From contig JBHGNT010000634.1 of NCBI GenBank assembly GCA_043228905.1, forward strand, positions 1-18,725: a DNA stretch of 18,725 nt, read 5' to 3'. The stretch comes from Azolla caroliniana (lineage: Eukaryota; Plantae; Polypodiophyta). The notes under the pieces are model-generated. The model made no database searches, was not told the origin of the DNA, and saw only the letters and a program-made list of their open reading frames with translations. This document shows positions 11,709-18,725 of this stretch, one piece after another; position 1 is the first letter of the stretch, and each line of letters opens with the position of its first letter. Both the position numbers and the translations under genes were made by a program.

Positions 11709-12818
11709 CTTAATTGGCCATACTGAGGACCAATTAAGCTCGTGCTACACTATGATAAGAACATTTACCAACAAAGAGCTTTTGGCTTGGTTTTGAGCCT
11801 TACACGCAATTGGTTGAACATATGCTTGATTATGAGCCTAGGTTCCGTGCTACCCCTTTCCCCTCCTTTGCACTTACATAAAACTATCCCATCCCATCCC
11901 TCACACACACTCCTAGGGGAACAATATGTTCTTGAAATACCCTCCTATTTTAATAAAAAACTAAAATCATCCCCTATTTATTTCATTCCTTATTACTTTA
12001 ACTAACAACTATCCCTAGTTAACCTAACTTCTCCATTGCCCGTTATTACTTCAAGCTAAAGCACACATATCCGGGATACCATAGTCGAAACCCATATAAC
12101 AGTAGAATATTTACATATGCCACTTCGCTACATAATCCTTTTTCCTTTCTTTCAGTATGACTCTCACTCACTCACTATTCGACTACACTCTCTAGAACAT
12201 AATGTCATTCCTAGATCATTTGTTTCCGAAACCCCCTTCATTTTATTAACCCCCACTAAGAAATATTTATTCTTAATCTCCCTCTTCCCCTATTTCCTAA
12301 AATTTCCCTTTATTATTTTTCCTTTAAGACAATACTCCCCACCCATACAAACATAATCACATTATACATATATACATAAAAATATGGTTAACATATCTCC
12401 AAATATCTTTATATAATTGTACACATCTATACAAAGTGCACATACTCATAATACAAATCCACATTCATACACATCCACATAGATGATCACGCCTAAACAC
12501 ATACCACCCCTTACATTCATATACCTATCCTACACATGCACATTAAACCACACGCACAAAAAATAAACGCAATTGGTTGCACATATCCATCCTAACCATC
12601 TCTTCAGATACAAATTAAGATCAACATAAATTATGGATATGACATGAAATGCTCAATAAACAAAAACATTCTTCCACTCATCTCTATCATGGTTTTCTAA
12701 ACCAAGAAGTTATCTATCGTCTCAAAAGTGTTGAACTTGATAGTTAATGACACACAAATAGGCCAACCACGCTTCAATTAGTTGAAGACATGCCATGAAA
12801 CATATATGAGAAGATTAG

Positions 12819-13180
12819 TTTTATTTATTTATTTTCCCAACAATGGTTTATATTATGTTTAAAGCGATTTACATGAAATTTCAGCATAGGTTTTTACCCT
12901 TTCAACTGCTCTTGGACTGTTATAGACATATGTATGTCCCAAAGCATTAATAATAACAGTTATACATGGCCACATTCCTCATGTCGGTGGAGGGAATACC
13001 CAGAGTGGTGGTTGATACCTCCAACGTATACCACCATTAGCCATGCAGAATACCTTCATCCTTTCCCATCTCTTCTTAAAAACCTCTTGCTTTCGAAAGA
13101 CAATGTTTGAATCACCTTTGATAGCATCATCTTCTCCTTTTAGTGTATGCACTAAGGTCGCCCAAATCTCCTTGACTACA
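12819..13180 (-). mobile_element. Probable 3' end of a LINE (ORF2 C-terminus, 3' UTR, A-rich tail), truncated by an LTR insertion
   Basis: Open frame 13179-12979, not in the ORF track: VVKEIWATLVHTLKGEDDAIKGDS...FKKRW...IRWRYQPPLWVFPPPT*. It abuts the LTR edge and is followed about 145 nt later by a (TAAA)n tail (12835-12819). The W-x-YQPP-x-W-x-FPPP ending recalls moss/fern L1-type ORF2 C-termini (recall, not searched). Confidence 0.55.
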
Positions 13181-13657
13181 TGTCACAATGTTGTCATGTC
13201 AAGATTTGAACTCTTTCTTGACATATATAGTCTAGTGTTGTGTTCTAACCAACATATCCAAATATATGGTCATGTTATGCATATCTTAGTAGATTATTAG
13301 TAGATTATCTTTTTCAAGTTCTAGGAGTTTTTAGAAAGTTCTAGAACTAGAATGTTCTAGAGGGTTCTACAATATTCTCCAAAATATTCTAATGCATGTA
13401 CTTCAACTCACAATATAAATACTTGTAACCTCCTTCGTCCTTTTGAAGGGATTCAACACGAGTCATTGACACATCAATCAAGTTCCTCGTTTCGCCTCAT
13501 CTTTGTCTCCTTCATAATTATTTCTGTCTTCATGCCCTCATGTCGCTCACAACATCTAGAGTTCCTAGCCTCGTCACATCTAGCTCCAAGTTCATTCGTC
13601 ACTCGTAGCCCCATCATTTGTGCTCCATCCTAGTTCGCGCTTGGTATGTCTGTGACA
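13181..13657 (+). mobile_element. 5' LTR of an old LTR retrotransposon (element C), 477 bp
   Basis: 7-bp inverted ends TGTCACA...TGTGACA; internal TATAAAT at 13414-13420; left edge coincides with the break in the LINE-like ORF; a PBS-like complementary segment follows the right end. Confidence 0.65.
13319..13377 (+). promoter_or_regulatory. Heat-shock element (nGAAn) array in LTR C
   Basis: Perfect GAAagTTCtaGAA at 13334-13346 plus 5-bp phased GAA-TTC-GAG-TTC-CAA-TTC at 13350-13377, about 35-95 nt upstream of the TATA box. Confidence 0.6.
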
Positions 13658-13659
13658 GT

Positions 13660-13671
13660 TTGAATCCCTTC
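13660..13671 (+). other. Putative self-priming primer-binding site of element C
   Basis: TTGAATCCCTTC, 2 nt after the LTR end, is the exact reverse complement of GAAGGGATTCAA at 13445-13456. No TGG tRNA-type PBS is present. Confidence 0.6.
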
Positions 13672-13689
13672 CAATTAGGAACATTACCC

Positions 13690-14135
13690 GTCTTCATCAT
13701 TGCCCTTGCTTCTAGAGTTACCATCGTCACTGTCATTGGTTCTAAAGTTACCATCATTAACATCACCTTGTTTTCTATCTTCCTCGCCATCTTTATCTCT
13801 TAGATTCTTTTCATCATCGTCTTTGTCTTTTCTCTCCTAGTTTCTTCTCATCATCATCTCTATCTATGCACTTCTTATCATCTTCCACATCCCTATCTTT
13901 GGATTATTTGTCATTGTCATCCTTGTCCTTGTGTTTCCTACAGTTTTCATCTCTATCTATGTGTTTCTTATTGTCTTCGTCACTTTATCTACGTTTCCTA
14001 TCACCTTCATCCCTATCTTTGTGTTTTCTATCATCCTTTGTATATGTGTCTTTGTGTTTCTTCAGAACCTCAACATCTCGATCTCTATGTTTCTTATCCT
14101 CTTCATCTCTTTCTCTGCTTCCATCATTGCCATAG
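13690..14135. repeat. Degenerate 30-bp tandem repeat region in the internal 5' part of element C
   Basis: Period-30 units, e.g. ccctatctttggattatttgtcattgtcat / ccttgtccttgtgtttcctacagttttcat / ctctatctatgtgtttcttattgtcttcgt (13891-13980), and ttcta(g/a)agttaccatc twice near 13710-13755. Confidence 0.7.
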
Positions 14136-17100
14136 TCGTTCGCTCTGTTGGCATGATCGGCTTTTGTCCGAACATGAGCTCTGCCGGCATGAACCCGGTT
14201 ACCGAACTGTGCGTAGTCCAGTCTGCCCACAAGGCATAAGGTAGCAGCCGTGGCCAGTTCCCGACTTGGCCTCCGCACGCCCGTACTAGCGCTTTGACAA
14301 TCGGCCCGTGTCTGCGCTCTACCTTCCCGTTCGCCTCCGGATTGTACGTTGTGGTGAGCGAAAGTTTGACTCCTAGCCGGTCGAACAGTTCTTCAGCCTC
14401 TTTTGCGTCCAACTCACCACGGTCAACCACGATCTTCCCTACGCACCCGTATCGACATACCACGTCCTCAATCAAAAACCGGCACACGACTGCTGTCATC
14501 TTGTTCTGCAGGGCTCGGTCTTCAACCTGGTTCGTTAGATCCTCCCGAGCCAGCACCAGATACCGCATCTGTCCTACCCCCATTAGCATCGTCACCAAAT
14601 CCACCATCCACTTGAAGTGGACGGTCGGAGGGTAGGTCGGGTGAAGCTCGTCCCGGTGTCGGGTCACAGAGTGCACCTAACAGCTTTCGTAAGTTGTCAC
14701 GAACCGATGCACGTCCTAGTATAGTCCCGACCACCAGTACTTCCCCTTTAGCCTTTCGAACGTGGCCCACGTTCCACGGTGTCCAGCCCAAGGACTATCG
14801 TGGTACGCCGCCAGCAAATCCTCCTGCTCCTCCTTCTTTGCCACCACTCAGAACGGGATGTCGTTCCTCTTCTTTGGGTGCTTCCATATGTACCCGTCCC
14901 GGAGAAAGAATCGGTACGCTTTCTTCCGAATCCGGTTGGCCTCATCCTTTGTCCATGCCGTGTCCGGTGTCATTGTTTTCAGGAACCCGCTGATTTGCAG
15001 CCAGTCCCTGTTGTACTTGCTCTCGTCGAAATTGTTAATCGTTGGAGTGCATTCCCTGCCAGTTGTTACGTAAGCCGCCTCGAAGAAGTCCACGCCGACT
15101 TCCTCGTCCTCCGAAACCATGCCGCCCTCATTTTCGAACCTCGCCCTTGAAAGCATGTCGGCCATGGCATTGTCTTTCCCGAAAATGTGTCGTATTTCCG
15201 GATTCAGGGACTTGATGTACGTTATCCACCCGAGCATTGCTAGGTTCGGCGTCACGCATCCGGAAACCATGCCAAGAATTGGCAGGCAGTCCGTCCCGAT
15301 AATTACCTCTGTCCCGATCAGGTAGTCTCTATCGGCCTTTACCACCGAAACGATACCTAGAGCTCGCGTTTAACTTGGGCGTATCCTCGCTGTCGCTCGC
15401 TGAGGACCTTTGCGCTAAACCGGATCGGGAAACGCATGCCGTCCTCGTACTCTTGGTTGATGACCCATCCGATCCCGGTCGGACTCGTGTCTACCGTTAC
15501 GTAAATTGGAGTGTCCTTTTCGTAGACAACCTTTCGGAGCGCCGGAGCTACGACAAGTGCTTCCTTCATCTTTCGGACAGACTCTGTATGCTCGTCTCTT
15601 CACTCAAAATTTTGCCCCTTTTTCAGCAACCCGTATAACGGCTCCGCGACGTGGGCGTAATGCGGGATCCAGATGTGGTAGAACGCGCATGCTCCCAAGA
15701 ACCTCTGAACCTCCGTGACCGAGCTACAGTCGTGCTTCATCGCGGAGATGGCTTCTACCTTAGCCGGAGACAGTTTCCGGCCATACGACCCGCATAGGTG
15801 TCCGACGACCATGATCTCTGATTGCCCGAAGGCCGATTTTTCCCTGGAGAAGGTGAGCCTTGCGCCCTCTAACCTCTGCAACACATTTTCGCAGTCATTG
15901 ATGTGCGTCGCCACGAATTTCCGGCACCCGTCCGGTTCGATCGTCTCATCCTTTTCCTCCACCGGGCATCCCTTGATCGGGACGTCATCCAAAAACGGCA
16001 TGGTGATGTCCCGGATACAATCCCTTAGCACCTTGTTCATTGCGTTCACCATGTGAGCCACCGAGTTCATCCCCCCTTGCAGTAGGGTACACATTCGTAC
16101 TAGGCCGAGTGGAGTTCGCATTGTCGTGATGTCTCTGCTCTCCATGGCTAGCTGGAACTGATTGTACCCCGAGTAGAGATCACCGACCGAGTAAATCGAC
16201 CTTCCGGCGAAGGCCTCCGCGAACTCGTCTATTGTCGGTCCGATTCCTGCGTTTCGAATGGTCACCTTGTTGACCGACTGCAGATCTTGAATAAAGCGCA
16301 GCGTGCCGTTCTTCTTCGGCACGGTAAACCACCGATTCGAGTATGGGGCAGTCGACGGTTTGAGGATTCCCATCTCGACCTTCTGCTTTAACAGCTCTGG
16401 GATGTGAGCTCTGGGTACTGGAATCGGTTTGAGACTCCACGGCACATGCGGTACCGTGAATATCACCATCGGTCCCACGAATGTCAAGTCTACGCACCCG
16501 ATCTCCTCCGGTGAGAATGCGAAAGCCTTCCCGTGCCTTTCGAGCATTCCCCGAAATCGGTCCTCTTCCGCCAGCAATAGGAAGCCGCCCCCACCGATTT
16601 TGAGCTCACGTAGCGTTATGTCGGTGAACGTGTGTCCTATGCGGGTCGGATTTCGTAAACTCGGGTCCGACGCAACCCCCTTTATTCGCAGCTCGCTGCC
16701 CTCCGGCAAGGGAGCCGCGACTGGCCTCACCTTCCGGTCCACAGTCTTGTACCTCGTGTCCACCCGAGCCGTCCGATCCGACTCGAGCCCTCTACTGAAG
16801 TCCGCGATGACTTCGTACATCCTTTCCGAACATACCGGAATCGTCCGGTCCTCTTTAAGGACTCCTCCGACTACCTCTCGCAGCTCCCCCAAGGTATCGT
16901 CGAAAGAGACTGCCTCCACGGCTCCGTTGATTTCCTCTCCAGGGCCGAGGATACCACATGCCCGAAGTCGCTCCTCCGCCCTTTTCTTCTTCCGGCCAAC
17001 GACGTCGACTATCGTACACCCTTCGTTGTCGGAGAACCAAAATTTCCTACTTATAGTACAGGTCTTCTTCGCTATCGTACACTTGTGGGGTTTTCCCGGA

Positions 17101-17144
17101 GTGTCCGGACTATCGCGGCCCCACGCCTTGATAGCCCTCTCTAA
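14136..17144 (-). pseudogene. pol: pol pseudogene (RT, RNase H, integrase)
   Basis: RT: WFTVPKKNGTLRFIQDLQSVN, DLYSGY, PFLDDVPIKG. RNase H: VTVDTSPTGIG, YAQVKREL, TDCLPI, GKDNAMADMLSR. IN: YHDSPWAGHRG...TTYESC zinc finger, and MVDL/VVDRGE/NGKVER DDE. Lesions: stops at 15600, 14848, 14716 and 14677, and a stop plus 1-nt frameshift near 15357. Confidence 0.92.
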
Positions 17145-17150
17145 AAATCC
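17085..17150 (-). promoter_or_regulatory. Putative -1 programmed ribosomal frameshift signal (slippery heptamer plus pseudoknot)
   Basis: G GAU UUU (17150-17144) then UAG; 6-nt spacer; stem GGGCUAUC (17137-17130)/GAUAGUCC (17114-17107); loop GUGGGG (17124-17119) complementary to CCCCAC (17090-17085). Confidence 0.75.
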
Positions 17151-17290
17151 TCTCGGCTTTCGCCCCCGAGGGTCTCGCGGTTCCGCTCATGGTTCGGTCT
17201 CACCGTCAGGAACTGGACCGAGTGACGCCCATCCTGGCTCTTGACCCTTGCATAGGCCGAGCCGTTGTCCAACACCTTGGTCTCCATCCG
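17141..17290 (-). pseudogene. C-terminal remnant of the upstream (gag/protease) ORF of element A
   Basis: RMETKVLDNGSAYARVKSQDGRHSVQFLTVRPNHERNRETLGGESREDF* open up to the element B LTR edge. Its stop overlaps the pol frame in -1 register. Confidence 0.7.
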
Positions 17291-17291
17291 T

Positions 17292-17357
17292 TGTCGGGGT
17301 TGCTACGCCCTTGCGCGCAGAAAGGAGGAGGGACCACGGGGGTCTTGGACCGAAGAG

Positions 17358-17416
<59 letters not shown>

Positions 17417-17993
17417 CGATTACACAGAACCGAAGATCGCACAGGGACACGGCCCAACAAACAGAGATCACAGCTAAACGCCGACGCAGATGGACGCAAC
17501 AACGAAAGATATGTACTTATGAATGCAAGAAAATAACAGGCCAAAGTATTACAACCCACGGTGGGGCACGGAATAGATACTAACGAAAACGAACAGGGCG
17601 GCGAACAGATGCCGACCCCTGTATGACGCGACGCACTGAAAGGGGAAACAGGTCGGAGGTGCTGCCGGACGCACTCGGGCGTTCCACGGAGCAGCGCAAG
17701 CCTCCTCGAAACCTGCACAGGTACGCGATGGAGCAGAAGACAGAGAAGCCGGAGTGAGAGAGGAGCTCAGAAATCGGTTCGGCAGCACTCCGTCGTCTCC
17801 GCGCGAGATCCCCTTCTTCTATTCTTCCTCTTCCTTTTTATATCCCGTCAAGAGGCCGTTTGGCATTAACTGCATACCAACCGAATCTACCCACCTAGGA
17901 TCCTCGTATGTACTTCTTGGCGCGCGTGTGTGTAGAGCCGTTTCCCACGCCTTGTTCCTCCGATTCCTCTTGTGGGCGGTTTTCTTCACGACA
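17292..17993 (-). mobile_element. 3' LTR of element B, 702 bp
   Basis: Minus strand TGTCG...CGACA inverted ends; immediately preceded by a PPT; TATAAAA at 17842-17836; the far edge cuts the element A ORF. Confidence 0.88.
17361..17414. repeat. (GA)27 microsatellite within LTR B
   Basis: 54-nt perfect GA run. Confidence 0.97.
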
Positions 17994-18010
17994 TCCGCCC
18001 CCACCTAACC
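17994..18010 (-). other. Polypurine tract of element B
   Basis: GGTTAGGTGGGGGCGGA directly before the TG of the LTR. Confidence 0.8.
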
Positions 18011-18065
18011 GCGCATCCACCGGTATGCGCCAAATTAAGTTGGCACGGAGAAAACCGGCCCGCCT

Positions 18066-18725
18066 TTACTCTTCGCCTGCCGGCCCTTCCTCGGCCTCGG
18101 ATCGGTCGTCGCTGCTGTCCAGGAGAATCGGGTCGGGTTCGTCGTCGTGCCGCTTCTTGAAAGCTTTGATCCTCTTCCCGGCCACGGGTATCGCTATTCT
18201 CGTACCGTCGAGTTCCGCCAGATGATACGTCCCGTTGTCGTTGGCGCTCTGTACCGTGTACGACCCGAACCATCTCTGTGCGAACTTCCGCGTTGCTCGG
18301 TGCTGGTTGTCGAGGCTGCTGTCGTAGACGAGCACCCAGTCACCTTCGTCGATTTTCTTCGGTCGTAGCCGGTGCGTTCGGTCGAACCGGGCTTTGTTCT
18401 TTGTCCTCGCCACCCGGAGCTTCTCCGTAGCCAGTGCCACGTCCTCCGGTCTCCGCTCGAGCTGTCGTATACGCGCGGCCAACAACTCCTCCCGGCTCAT
18501 CTCGTCCCTCCAGTCGACCGTTGCCCACGAGGAGATCGTCCGTTCAATCGGCATGATCGGCTTCTGGCCGAACATGAGCTCTGTCGGCATGTACCCGGTT
18601 ACCGAACTGTGCGTGGTCCGGTCTGCCCACAAAGCATAAGGTAGGAGCCGCGGCCAGTCACCGATTCGGCCTCCGCATGCCCGAACCAACGCCTTGACGA
18701 TCGGTCCGTGTCCGCGCTCCACCTT
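18066..18725 (-). CDS. pol: C-terminal part of the Ty3/gypsy integrase of element B (runs off the window)
   Basis: Uninterrupted frame of at least 218 aa: ERGHGPIV, WADRTTHSSVTGYMPTELMFG, GDWVLV...RWFGSYTV (GPY/F-like module), acidic tail, no chromodomain. About 86% nt identity (27 mismatches in 190 nt, no gaps, counted by eye) to element A 14136-14325. Confidence 0.92.
   Translation of the reverse strand, partial: KVERGHGPIVKALVRACGGRIGDWPRLLPYALWADRTTHSSVTGYMPTELMFGQKPIMPIERTISSWATVDWRDEMSREELLAARIRQLERRPEDVALATEKLRVARTKNKARFDRTHRLRPKKIDEGDWVLVYDSSLDNQHRATRKFAQRWFGSYTVQSANDNGTYHLAELDGTRIAIPVAGKRIKAFKKRHDDEPDPILLDSSDDRSEAEEGPAGEE

Larger units (their letters stand above)
14136..17291 (-). 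mobile_element. Ty3/gypsy-type LTR retrotransposon internal region (element A), decayed, truncated in the integrase and interrupted by element B
   Basis: Domain order RT-RNaseH-IN; abrupt GC rise at 14136; integrase DNA colinear with element B down to 14136. Confidence 0.93.

Noticed and set aside
10500-12800. Possible further TE or gene fragments
   Set aside because: Could not assign any motif or boundary by eye; needs a repeat-library search.
13197-13471. Alternative 275-bp solo LTR (TGTCAA...TTGACA, flanks TGTCA/CATCA)
   Set aside because: Flanks match only 3 of 5. The 13181-13657 boundaries have a longer inverted repeat and explain both the LINE break and the PBS position.
13658-13667. 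GTTTGAATCC resembling a tRNA T-loop/B-box
   Set aside because: No cloverleaf or A-box; better explained as the self-complementary PBS.
16429-17244. 271-aa plus-strand ORF, and other plus ORFs across 14294-16056 and 17754-18644
   Set aside because: Antisense shadows of GC-rich pol codons; no recognisable motifs.
17270-17291. TGGAGACC as a tRNA PBS making 17292-17993 the 5' LTR of element A
   Set aside because: It is 5 nt from the LTR end and lies in an open coding frame leading to the frameshift site. There is no room for gag, so nested insertion fits better.
17187-17788. ORFs with ERERER/SLSLSL runs
   Set aside because: Translations of the (GA)27 microsatellite inside LTR B.

Overview
Intron-containing land-plant genomic DNA; a non-seed plant such as a fern is my inference from the transposon types, not a certainty. 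The left half holds three spliced host genes: the last two exons of a class-3 (OBL-like) lipase (+, <1-500), a two-exon ASR/ABA-WDS gene (-, 1929-3080) with a 10-copy intronic minisatellite and a TATA/ABRE/CE3/DRE promoter, and a complete 14-exon nucleobase-ascorbate transporter (NAT) gene (-, 4729-8609, 531 aa). About 9-12.8 kb is AT-rich intergenic DNA with simple repeats. The right third is a four-layer retroelement nest. First is a probable LINE 3' end (12819-13180). It is cut by an LTR (13181-13657) carrying an HSE array and a Tf1-like self-complementary (tRNA-independent) primer-binding site. Next is a decayed Ty3/gypsy-type pol (element A, -, 14136-17291) with a clear -1 frameshift cassette (G GAU UUU UAG plus a predicted pseudoknot) directly upstream of a protease-less pol frame. 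A younger relative (element B) is inserted into A, with its 3' LTR (17292-17993), PPT and integrase end visible. All exon boundaries and pairings were read by eye; no database search was run.
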